This document shows positions 11,340-22,748 of a stretch of 64,000 bases of DNA, in pieces. The notes under the pieces are model-generated. The model saw nothing but the letters and a program-made list of their open reading frames with translations. It did not search any database and was not told the origin of the DNA. A program made the position numbers and the translations under genes. Origin of the DNA: the human T2T-CHM13v2.0 reference genome, Homo sapiens; assembly GCF_009914755.1 (NCBI RefSeq), contig NC_060926.1; one strand, written 5' to 3'. Every line of letters begins with the position of its first letter. Within the stretch, counting starts at the first letter, position 1.

Positions 11340-12453
11340 GTTTCATTTAAGTAGCTTGTTTTCAATTAGGGCAATGATTAGTATAAGGGTGAGGACGGTA
11401 AAGAAGTACATAATGGATGCTGTCTGTCTGATGATAATAAAAGGGTAGTTGACTCACTGCCCTCCGATTCATGTGAGTGTGAGCAGGTCAGCACTAAGAT
11501 TCAGAATAGGCATCGACTTAATGGACAGAATACTATGTTTTGTTGTTTAGATGTGTGAAGTATAGGAATAACTGCTAGAATGAGAATGGAGGATGTAAGG
11601 GCGAGCATACCTCCTAGTTTGTTAGGGATGGAAAAGTATCACTCTGGTTTAATGTGGGGTGGGGTATTGAGGGTGTTGGCTAAAGTGTAATTATCCAGGT
11701 GGCTCAGGAGATCAGGTGAAAATAGTACTAGGACTATTAGGAGGAGGAGGGGGAGAGTTAGGCCTAGAATATATTTGATTACGTAGTAAGGTTGGAAAGT
11801 GATTTTGTCAGGGTCTGATGAGATCCCTGAAGGTTATTATATCCTGTTTCATGTAAGAATAAAAGGAAAACAGTTGTTAGAGCTGCAATGATGAAGGGAA
11901 AGATAAAACGGAAGGCTAAAAGTTGTGTAAGCGTGGCTTTGTCAACTGAGAATCCACCTCAGATTCATTATACAAGGTCAGTTTCCATATATGGGATTGC
12001 TGATAGTAGATTTGTAATTATTGTAGCACCTCAGAATGATATTTGGCCTCATGGGAGTATGTAACCTATAAATGCTGTTGCTGTGGTTGTGAGTAGGAGG
12101 ATAATGCCAATATTTCAGGTTTTTAGAAATATAAATGACCCATAATATAAACCTCGGCCAACATGTAGGAAGAGGCAGATGAAAAATATTGAAGCGCCGT
12201 TAGCATGAAAATAGCAGATTATTCAGTCATAATTTACATCTCGGCTGATATTGGTGACTGAAGAGAAGGCAGTTAAGGTATCCGATGTGTAGTGTACGGC
12301 CAGAAATCATTCTCTGATGATTTGGAGAATTAAGCAGGCACCAATAAGTGAGCCAAAGTTTCATCATGTAGAAATGCTGGATGCTGTGGGAAGATCAATG
12401 AATTAATGGTTAATAATTTTTATTAGCGGGTGTGTTTTGCGTATTTTGGTCAT
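11340..12453 (-). pseudogene. CYTB pseudogene
   Basis: ATGACCAAAATACGCAAAACACACCCG start; PEWY motif; premature TAA at 11968-11970; 24-bp deletion after PEWYF. Confidence 0.95.
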
Positions 12454-12457
12454 TAGC

Positions 12458-12524
12458 ATTCTTACAGTTGAAATACAATGATTTTTTTATACCATTAGTT
12501 ATGATTATAGTCCGTGTAGGAATA
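12458..12524 (+). pseudogene. mt tRNA-Glu relic (anticodon arm damaged)
   Basis: TTCTTACAGTTGAAATACAA...AGTCCGTGTAGGAATA between CYTB and ND6. Confidence 0.85.
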
Positions 12525-13046
12525 ATGGCATATATTTTATTCGTATTAAGTATTCTTTTTCTTATAGGATTTGTAGGTTTTTCTTCGAAACCATCTATTT
12601 ATGGAGATCTAGGGATGATTATTAGTGGTGCTGTGGGTTGTGGTATTGTGTTGAACTTTGATGGGGCTTTTGTGGGGTTAATAGTGTTTTAAATTTATTT
12701 GGGTGGTATAATGGTTGTTTTTTATTATACTGCGGCAATGGCTACTGAGGAATACCCTGAAACATGAGGGTCAACTATTGACATTTGAGGGGCTTTATTA
12801 TTAGGGTTATTAATAGGGTTGGTGTTGATTCAGTGAATAGTTGAGCATGATGGGATGGTCATCACAATTAATTTTAATAGTATGTGGAGTTGAATAATTT
12901 TTGAGGGTGAGGGGGTGGGGTTATTGCATGAGGATTCTGTCAGTGTGGCTGCTTTGTAAAGTTATGGATGTTGATTGCTGGTAGTTGCTGGTTGAACATT
13001 GTTTGTTAGTATTTGTGTTGCAAATGAGATTATTCGGGGTAATAGA
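12525..13046 (+). pseudogene. ND6 pseudogene
   Basis: MAYILF...[13 protein letters not shown]...; in-frame TAA at 12690-12692 and 12957-12959. Confidence 0.93.
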
Positions 13047-14850
13047 TTAGATAATTTAGAGTTAGAAGGAGTAAAATAAAAAAGGAGAGAAAGTAAAGTT
13101 TAATTAGGCCTTTTTGAGTAGATACAGTAATGGTGGCTGATATTTGGGTTTGTGAAATGGTTTTTGGTGTGGACTTTTCTAATCAAATTAGGTCTAGTAG
13201 AAGTGAGGCCAGATTTTGGCTTGTAAATAGACTTGAGGTGGGGGGTTGTATGGTGGATTGTGGCTAGTAAAAACCTAATATATTGGAGAAGTTAAATGTC
13301 TGTAATGGATAATTTAGCTTAAGGTTGTTAGTTATAAAATTTAGCTCCATTGCTAGTAAGAGGCCTAAGGCAGTCACACCTAGGGCTGTGAGTTTTAGGT
13401 GAAGTGGCATAGTTTTTTGGGGGGATGAAGTAGGAGTAATACTATTGGTAATGAGGAATCCAGCTAAGATGCTGCCAATTATTAGATGCTTAATTGAGTT
13501 AATTAGGAAGGGGTTATTTTCGTTAATATGAATCAGAGTTGTGAAGTGAGGTTGTCCTATCAGAGCAAAGAAAATAATTCAGGTACTACAGACAGCTGTT
13601 AGGGAGGTTACAATAAGAGTAATAGAAAGGGCTCAGGTGTTGGAATATGACATGTTTGCGATTTCGATAATGAGGTCTTTAGAATAAAAGCCTGTGAGGA
13701 AAGGCACACCTGTAAGTGTGAGGCTGCCAATAATAAGGGCGGAGGAAGTGAAGGGTAAAGTCTTGAATAGTCCTCCTATTTTTCAGATGTCTTGTTTATC
13801 ATTGAGATTATGGATGATGGGTCCTAAACATACAAATAACATAGCTTTAAAAAAAGCTGTGGGTGCAGATATGAAGAAATGCTAGGTGTGATTGATTAAT
13901 GCCAATTGTGACTATTATAAAGCCTAGTTGGCTTGAGGTAGAGAATCCTATGATTTTTTTGAGTTATTTTGTGTTAGATCACAGATTGCTGTAAATACGT
14001 TGGTCATAGCCCCTAAATATAATGTAAAGTTTTGGAATAATAGGTTATTTTCTATTCAAGGGTAGAAGCAGATAAGTAGAAAAACCCCTGCTACAACTAT
14101 AGTGCTAGAGTGGAGTAGGGCTGAGTCTGGAGTTGGGCCTTCTGTGGTGGAAGGAAGTCAGGGATGAAAGCCAAATTGAGCTGACTTTCCTGCTGCTGCT
14201 AGGAGAAGACTAATTAATGGAAAGGGATTGGAGGTAGGATTTAGAATAAATACTTTTTGAAGCTCTCATGTGTTGGAGAATAAGAGGAATCATGCTATAT
14301 AGCTAAAATAAAGCCAATATCGCCTCTGCGGTTGTACAGGACCGCTTAGAGGGCTGCTAGATTAGCGTCTGTTCGGCCGTATCATCAGCCATTTAGTAAA
14401 AAAGACATAATTCCCACATCTTCTCATCCGATAAAAAGTTGAAAGAAGTTATTGGCAGTAATTAGAATTAATATTTTGGTGAGGAAAATGAGTAAATATT
14501 TGAAAAATTGATTAATATTAGGGTCTGAGTTTATATATCATATTGAGAACTCTACAATAGATCAGGTAACAAATAGCGCTACTGGGATAAATACTGTGGA
14601 GAAATAGTATAGTTTGAAGCTTAGTGAGAGTTTAAGAGTTTGGATTGTTATTCAATGTCACTTTGAGATTATTCTTGGTCTATAAATATATATATTGTGG
14701 TAGAGATGAGGCTGATAATAAAGGTGCATGCAATAGATATTTTTACATAGTATGGGTATGAATCTTTTTGCAGGGGTTGGCTAAGGTAGTAATGATTGGT
14801 AAGTTTAAGGGGATTAGGGTTGTTATAGTAGTGGTAAAATACATGTTTAT
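13047..14850 (-). pseudogene. ND5 pseudogene
   Basis: Position between tRNA-Leu and ND6; [10 protein letters not shown] motif (GCAGCAGCAGGAAAGTCAGCTCAATTTGGC); YPYYVK in the ORF track. Confidence 0.93.
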
Positions 14851-15049
14851 TACTTTTACTTGGAGTTGCACCAATATTTTTCGTTCCTGTGACCAATGGA
14901 TAGCTCTTATCCTTTGAAAGTCTGGAAAGCCATGTTATTAGGCATGGGGGCATGAGTTAGCAGTTCTTGCATACTTTCTCGGTAGATAAGAAGTTACAGG
15001 CTTCTATTATTAGATTCACAATCTAATGTTTTGGTTAAACTATATTTAC
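14851..15049 (-). pseudogene. mt tRNA cluster relics: His (14981-15049), Ser-AGY (14922-14980), Leu-CUN (14851-14921)
   Basis: GTAAATATAGTTTAACCAAAACATTAGATTGTGAATCT; AAGAACTGCTAACTCATGCCCCCATG; TTGGTGCAACTCCAAGTAAAAGTA. Confidence 0.92.
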
Positions 15050-16417
15050 AGAATGCAAACCCCATAATAATAAGGATTAAGGATAATAGGAAGATAGGTG
15101 CAAAGTGTATAAGTATTAATGTATTTTCTCATGTAAAGGATGGTTTAATACTGTTAATGTAATACACAAGTGTCCCTCGTTGTGTTGTGGTTAGCATATG
15201 TGAGGAGTAAAGGGCTGTAATTAGTATATTAAGTCCTATAAGCATAATGGTGATGTTTGATCAGGAGAATGAAGCCATAGCGAGGAAGAGTTCTCCTACT
15301 AGATTAATAGCAGTGGGTAAGGCAAGGTTAGTAAGACTTGCTAAAAGTCATCAAGAGGCTATCAGTGGAAGCAGTGTTTGAAGGCCTCAAGTAATATAAT
15401 TTGGCTATGGACTCGCTCATAATTCAAATTTGCTAGGCAGAATAGTAAGGATGAAGTGAGTCCACGGGCAATTATAAGGGTGACTGCACCTGTAAAGCTT
15501 CAAGGGGTTTGAATGAGAATAGCTATAATAACAAGTGCTATGTGGCTTACGGAGGAATATGCGATAAGTGATTTTAAATCAGTTTGTCATAGACAAATAG
15601 AGCTTGTCATAAGATCCCTCATAAGGATAGTATGAGGAAGGGGTAGGCTATATATTTGTTAGGGGGTTGAGGGTAAGGGTAAGCCGTATAATACTGTGGC
15701 CACCTAGCTTTAGGAGTACTGCTGCAAGTACTATTGAGCCAGCAATAGGGGCTTCCACGTGGGCTTTGGGGAGTCACAGGTGAAGTCCATATGGAGGCAT
15801 TTTTACCATAAAAGCTAAAATACATGCTAATCATATAAGATTATTAGAACAGGAGTTTAATAGTTCTTGGGTGGTAAATATTATTACAGTTATATTTAGA
15901 GAACCCGAGGTATTTTGAGTATGGACAAGTGTAACAAGTAGGGGAAGGGACCCTACTAGTGTGTAAAATAAGAAATATGAGCTTGCATTGAGTCGTTCTG
16001 ATTGGTTACCTCAGCGGGTAATGATAATTAGGGTAGGAATAAGTGTGGCTTCAAAGAGAATATAAAATATAATTAGTTCTGTGGCTGTGAATGCTATGAT
16101 TAAAAAAATTTGTAGGGAAATTAATATGGAAATATAGAGTTTGTTCCATGGGGGTGACTCATTGGAAAGGTGATATTGGCTTGCTAGAATTATAAGAGGT
16201 AGTAGTCAGGTTGTAAAGATTACAAGGGGCGAAGTTAGAGGGTCAGAGGAGAAGATTAATGAGAAGTTAGATGAGTTATCATTTAATTGGTTAAAAATAG
16301 TAGCGTAATAAGGCTGATGAATGGGCTGTGAGTAGTCATGTTAATTCGGCATATAGAGTTTTTAGAGAGTCATGTTATTGGTAACAGTATAATTTTTGGA
16401 ATAATAACTTCTAGCAT
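15050..16417 (-). pseudogene. ND4 pseudogene
   Basis: 7-nt overlap with ND4L; [13 protein letters not shown] motif (CCCAAAGCCCACGTGGAAGCCCCTATTGCTGGCTCA); indels. Confidence 0.93.
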
Positions 16418-16707
16418 TGAAGTAAACTTAGATTTTGTACATAATCTAGGCTGTATATGTTGGAGACTGAAACTAGTAAGGCAAGGCCCACTGCAGCTTC
16501 ACAGGCAGCAAATACTAGGAGAATAATGGGTATTGTGGATGCTAGAGCGAAATGTATATTTAAAGTTATAAGAGTAATTATAATGAATATTGATAATATT
16601 ATGCCTTCTAGGCATAATAGGGATGATTTTAGGTGGGATCGATAGACTAATATTCCCAGAAGTGCTATGGTGTATGCTAATATAATATTGATATAAATAA
16701 AGGGCAT
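16411..16707 (-). pseudogene. ND4L pseudogene with an uninterrupted 98-codon ORF
   Basis: [12 protein letters not shown]...SSLLCLEG...[17 protein letters not shown]...[11 protein letters not shown]. Confidence 0.95.
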
Positions 16708-16774
16708 TTGGTAAATATGGTCTATCATAATCTAATGAGTCAAAATCATTCATTTTAATTTAAACTATTTACCA
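16708..16774 (-). pseudogene. mt tRNA-Arg relic (TCG mutated to TTG)
   Basis: TGGTAAATAGTTTAA...AATGATTTTGACTCATTAGATTATGAT. Confidence 0.88.
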
Positions 16775-17120
16775 ATTCAACTCAATCTAATCCTTTTTGA
16801 GTTCATTCCTAAGTCAAGCCTAGGATTAAAATGGTAACTAGTATAAGGGCTGTGCTGATTATTAGTGTCAGGTTGTTTGTTTGAAGGGCTCATGGCAGGG
16901 GTAGGAGTAGAGCGATTTCTAAGTCGAACAGGAGAAATGTGGTGGCCACTAGGAAGAATTTTATAGAGAAGAGGAGGTGGGCGGAGGTTAATGGATCAAA
17001 TCCACCTTCATGAGGGCTGGATTTTTCTATATAAATATTAAGTTGTGGGAGTCAAAATGTGATAACTGTTGGTATTGGGGCCAGTAAGGTGTCAGTTACT
17101 AGGGCTAGTGTCAGGTTAAT
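16775..17120 (-). pseudogene. ND3 pseudogene
   Basis: GAAAAATCCAGCCC...GGATTTGATCCA; [23 protein letters not shown]-like segment. Confidence 0.92.
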
Positions 17121-17188
17121 TACTCTTTTTTGGATATTATAGAAACTTATTGATTGGAAATCAATGGTACTGCTTATACTAAAAGAGT
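17121..17188 (-). pseudogene. mt tRNA-Gly relic (TCC)
   Basis: ACTCTTTTAGTATAA...ATTTCCAATCA...AAAAAAGAGTA. Confidence 0.88.
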
Positions 17189-17601
17189 AGGATCCTCATC
17201 AGTAGATAGAGACGTATAACAATAGTCACACTACATCTACGAAGTGTCAATATCAGGCGGTGGCTTCAAAGCCAAAGTGGTAGTTAGATGTAAAATGGAA
17301 TTTTAATTGACGGAGGAGGCAGATAGTGAGAAACGTTGACACCTGTAATCGCAGCACTTTGGGAGGCCGAGGTTGGCAGATCACCTGAGGTCGAGAGTTC
17401 AAGACCAGCCTGACCAAAATGGAGCAACCCCATCTCTACTAAAAATACAAAATTATCCGGGCGTAGTGGTGCATACCTGTAATCCTAACTACTCAGGATG
17501 CTGAGGCAGGAGAATTGCTTGAATGTGGGAGGCAGACATTTCAGTGACCCAAGATCATGCCATTGCACTCCAGCCCGGGCAACAAGAGCGAAACTCTGTC
17601 T

Positions 17602-17642
<41 letters not shown>

Positions 17643-18223
17643 GTTGAGCCATAATCAGAGGTAGTAAAAGGGGCCTCGAAGTATTCTGAAACTTGTAGCA
17701 GGGTGAAGTATATGCCTAAGGTAATTGTGACAGCTAGTTTTTGAATTATTTGCTTTTGACTACCTTCCATCAGGCTGTGATGAGCTCAAGTAATTGAAAC
17801 TCCTGAAGTAAGTAACACAGATGTATTCAGGAGGGGTACTTCTAAAAGAATGAGGGGAAGAATGCCTGTTGGAGGTCAATATCCCCCTAACTCTGGAGTT
17901 GGAGCTAGACTAGAGTGGTAGAATGCCCAGAAGAAACCAGCAAATAAAAGTACCTCTGAGATAATAAATAGAATTGTTCCATATCGGACACCTTTTTGGA
18001 CAATTGTTGTATCGTGGCTTTGAAATGTACTTCCTCAGATAACATCATGTCATCATTGATACATAGTTAGTGTATTGGTCAGTAGATCTAACGTTAAAAG
18101 AGTAATGGAGTTAAAGTGAAATCATATGGCCAGGCCAGATGTTATTAGGAGAGCCGAGAGAGCTCTTGTTAGTAGTCAGGGGCTGGGTTTGACTACATGG
18201 TAGGCTTGTGTTTGGTGGGTCAT
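17189..18223 (-). pseudogene. COX3 pseudogene interrupted by an Alu
   Basis: ATGACCCACCAA start; [18 protein letters not shown]-like end; Alu at 17340-17638. Confidence 0.93.
17340..17638 (+). mobile_element. AluSp-like SINE lacking its first ~19 nt, inside NUMT COX3
   Basis: CTGACCAAAATGGAG, AAAATACAAAATTA and GGCAACAAGAGCGAAACTC (Sp diagnostics); ~36-nt poly-A. Confidence 0.9.
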
Positions 18224-18902
18224 TGTGTATTATCATGTAGATAAAGGCTTACTAGTAGTGTGAAGACATAAGCCTGAATAAGAGCTACAGCAAATTTGAG
18301 AATGGTCAGTAAGATTAGAATAATGAGAGAGATTGAAGCTGTGGTGATACTAATAGTTGATAATACTAGTGTGCCTCCTCTAGTTAAATGTATCAATAGG
18401 TGACCGGCTGTAATGTTGGCTGTTAATCGCATAGCTAATGCTACTGGTTGAATAAATAGGTGAATAGTTTCAATGACCACCAGTATAGGGATAAGTGGCA
18501 TAGGTGTGCCTTGCGATAAAAACTGAGCTAAGGAGGTTTTGATTTTAAAGCGGAAGCCTGTGATTACTGTGCCTGCTCACAAAGGGACTGCTATACCTAG
18601 ATTTATTGATAATTGGGTAGTTGGTGTAAATGAATAGGGTAGAAGCCCGAGGAGATTGGTTGAGGCAATGACGAGAATTAGGGATATCAGCATAAGGGAT
18701 CAGGTTTGTCCTTTAATATTATGGGTAGTTATTATTTGTTTTAGTGCAAGTTGAACTAATCATTGTTGGATAGAGATCAATCAATTACTGATTAGGTGAT
18801 TGGAGGTTGGAAATGCATGGTGGGGAATAAAATGATTAATATTACTACGGGTAGGCCTAGAATTGTTGGGGTAATAAAAGAGGTGAATAGATTTTCATTC
18901 AT
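18223..18902 (-). pseudogene. ATP6 pseudogene
   Basis: [15 protein letters not shown]...[20 protein letters not shown]; ATGAATGAAAATCTATTC start. Confidence 0.95.
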
Positions 18903-19062
18903 TTTAATTCTCAGGAGTTTTTATGTTTTTGTGTTTTGATTATTTTTGGTGTAGGAGATACATGGTAAATGAAACTTGATAATTTTAACTGAATGATCGA
19001 GAATAAGTTATGATTATTGACTGGGTAACAATGAATCATGTGGAAGTATCTAGTTGAGGCAT
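18857..19062 (-). pseudogene. ATP8 pseudogene
   Basis: ATGCCTCAACTAGATACTTCCACATGA (MPQLDTSTW in mt code); overlaps ATP6. Confidence 0.9.
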
Positions 19063-19063
19063 T

Positions 19064-19131
19064 CACTGTAGAGAGGTGTAGATCATCTCAGTCTTTAACT
19101 TAAAAGGTTAATGCTGGATAACTTTACAGTG
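19064..19131 (-). pseudogene. mt tRNA-Lys relic (TTT)
   Basis: CACTGTAAAG...AGCATTAACCTTTTAAGTTAAAGA...CTCTACAGTG. Confidence 0.9.
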
Positions 19132-19134
19132 ATG

Positions 19135-19643
19135 TTATAGTATGGATGTAGATCAGGTTTTGAAATTTTGTAAGGGAATTAATTCTTGGATGATAGTATA
19201 AAACAAATTTCTGAGCATTATCTGTGGTAAAGGCCTGGTCGTGTAGCAGTTAAGGTGGATTGATTTAGGCGTCCACAGATTGCGTCTGTTTTGAGGCCCA
19301 GTGAAGGGAGAGTTCATGAGTGCAGGACATCTTCAGATGAAATTAATATTTGGATAGGAATTTCTATTGGGAGGATTGTTTGGTTATCAACTTTGAGGAG
19401 TGGAAGTTCTCCTGATTTTAAGTCTGCTATTGGGATTATATAAGAATCAAAGCCTAGTTCTTTATAGTCTGTACATTCATAGCTTCAATATCATTGATGG
19501 CCAATTGTTTTGATGGTATTAGAAGGATTATTAACTTCATCTGTTAAATACAGAATACATAGGGATGGGAGGGCAATTAAAATTAAGATAATAGCAGGTA
19601 AGATAGTTCAGACAGTTTCAATTTCTTGGGCATCTATGGTGCT
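19135..19643 (-). pseudogene. COX2 pseudogene, 5'-truncated
   Basis: STMDAQEIETVWTILPA, GHQWYWSYE and EDVLHSW motifs (mt code); 15-bp deletion in the CuA motif. Confidence 0.93.
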
Positions 19644-19814
19644 GGGGAAGAGATAAAGGAAATGGTCCAGCTACTTCGTAGCTGCCTTAGAATTCCTGAT
19701 CCCTTTACCATGAAATGCTTTACCTTCATCCCCGGCTTTGGTCAGTAACCAAAGACCGATTTTCTCCTAGAAGGCAGGCTTCCAAATCATTCACCCATGC
19801 GTTCTTTGAAGTTC

Positions 19815-20180
19815 ATAGCTGCAGGAAGCAGACTCAGGTGGAGGTTTGTGTGCAGGAGGTATTGGGAAATGCTCTTGAAATCAACACAGTCTGTGTGGCG
19901 GGAGGAGAAGGAAGCAGGACTGGGCTGACAAGAAAAGATGAGCTTTCAAAGACTTCTCAGTCAACTGCAGAGAGCTCCCAGCAGGGTGGTCCTTCAGAAT
20001 TGCCTTCCAATTGCAGTTCTTTGCACTGGGCACATCTCCATAGACACAAGCTGTTCCTGGGGAGGGGAGCATAAATCTACCTCAGACTAGGGACAGATAT
20101 TTACTGAGAGAGGCTAGTCCCCAGCATTCTCGGCGATGAATGTTTTGGAGAATGAATGTTTTGGTCCTGAAGGGTGAGGG
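19815..20180 (-). mobile_element. LTR16-like ERVL LTR fragment
   Basis: GAAGCAGACTC...TGTGCAGGAGGTATTGGGAAATGCTCTTG...GAAGGAAGCAGGACTGGGC. Confidence 0.6.
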
Positions 20181-21670
20181 GTTGACATCAAAGTTAGGGA
20201 ACAAAGATAAATGATGGACTAGGAAAACAAGATGGAAGATTTGGGAGCAAATGGGGATGGGATAGCCTAATATTTCCTATACTAATCATTTTGCTTGTTA
20301 TTGTTTGTAGGTTTGAACCTATGTGACATGTCAGGTTTAATTATTAGGAAAGGAACAGAGGTAATAACCTGATTCCTGCTTCTTCCCTCTTTCCTTGTAT
20401 AGGATCTGATCTTTTATCTTTAGTCCAATGAGCCTGGGTACCTGTGCATATGTGTGTATTTTACAGCAAGCCATAACAAAATCACACTTAATATGGAAAC
20501 ATTATATATGTGTATATATGTACATATATGTGTAAACATACATATACAAAAATCTGTATAAGCAGGAAATCCTGCTTGATAAATTTTTGTGGTTATTTTG
20601 GGCTGGAAGTGTATTTGCAGTTGATTTTTGTGTAACTAAAAGTCTAATCTGAAGATGGTTTTCTTTTAAGAAAAAAAAGGAAAACAAAAAATCAAGATTT
20701 TTAGTAACTACTAGAATTAGAAGTAGATCACAAAATTTATTTCTCATGTATAAATCTAGAAGACGTTAATAAAGTTAATAATTTAAAAAAATTGTAAAGA
20801 GAAAATTGTCCCCGACCTGGCCTGGGACAGACCTTTTAAATCATAACCTCCTTCTGGGAAGAAATTAGCATTCCTGATAAACTGATTAAGCAATTTTCAG
20901 ATAAACTTTTAATGATATTAAGACCTCTTCTGGGAAACCAGTTGTCATTTCACTCAGCTGAGTGATAGTCAAGAGTTCAATGATCTTTCTGCAGACATAT
21001 TTTTATGTTTCCTTTTTGCTAAAAAAGATATCTAACCATCAAGATGAAAGCTTCAAATTGTCTAATTTAAGATCTTTTCTTTTTCAACAATGTAGAAATA
21101 AAATTTGATCAGTGCACATAACTGAATTTCTTGGGGGAAAATATCCTTTTTATATGGGAAGTATTTCACTAATATTTGGTACCATTTAGAAACATAACAT
21201 CCTTTAAACATTTTAAGCTACAGTGTAATTTCAGTGTCCTCAATTTCACTCATTAAATACTTACATTGGCTGAAAAGTTCTTTGAGTACTTAAACAATTC
21301 TTATGAAGTTTTCTCAATTAATTTAAAAAATAGAATAAACCTACACCAATGATGTTCTAATACTCTACATAAACTTACTGAGATTTTAAATAAAAACCTT
21401 AAATGTAAGATTACACAATTGCATGTTTTAAACTGGAGTAGCAAGCCTGACCTGTTATTTTAATATGTCAAATTCTCCAAAACATTTCAAATATTTGAAA
21501 TATTAAATATGCACAGCTGGCTTAACAACAATGGCAAAATAATAATAATATCATGAATGTGATTCTCTTAAGCATTTTGTTGCTTAATTCTACTTCATCT
21601 CAAGGCAAAAAAACAAACAGAAAAACAAAACAAAAAAAACAAACAATTGTACAAAATGAAACAATTATGA

Positions 21671-22117
<447 letters not shown>

Positions 22118-22748
22118 TGAAACTTCCCATGTTTATTATAGGATCTAAGAAAACCCTTCTAACTTAAAATGGGCAGACATTTGGATGATATCCTTATACT
22201 TGAGTCATATCATTACCAAATCTTCACATTAACCAAGAGTCTGTATTAACCTACCACAGAATTACATTTCATTCAATTCTGTATTTTTTCTATAGAAATA
22301 GCTCTTATTCTAGATCTAAAGGCCCATGAGCTCAAAGGATTTTCACTTTATCTTAGTTTCATATAAGTTTAGCAGATATGAAAATGATATCCAATGAAAT
22401 CCATATATCTCTCTTGAATCTGTATGATTAGTGAGTCACAATTACCAAAGTCATTCTGTGGACATTGTTCTTTCTCTAAGCTCTTGAACTTCTTGCTTCT
22501 TTGTCTGAAAATAATGTCAACAAGCTGTATTTTCCTCACTACAAAGTAAGAATATTGTCCAACTCACAAGTCTGGACAACTCACAGTACTTAATTAGGTA
22601 GTATTTCTAAAATTTATTTGTAATAAAATGAGTATTGCTGGGTTTTTAAAATTACAACTAGTAACCACCCCTTATTGGGTTTTTATTATAGGCCAGCCAC
22701 TACAATAGGGACTTCACATTATCTAGCAATGCCATGTCATAAATAATA

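Larger units (their letters stand above)
6935..19643 (-). pseudogene. Large ancient NUMT (COX2 partial through control region to 16S partial), ~11.3 kb of mitochondrial sequence plus two nested insertions
   Basis: Colinear vertebrate mitochondrial gene order recognised gene by gene; premature stops and indels; nested nuclear retroelements; left boundary uncertain by ~20 bp. Confidence 0.98.

Noticed and set aside
6935-19643. Genuine mitochondrial genome or assembly chimera
   Set aside because: Premature stops, deletions, an LTR with TSD, an Alu and strong divergence from human mtDNA show long nuclear residence.
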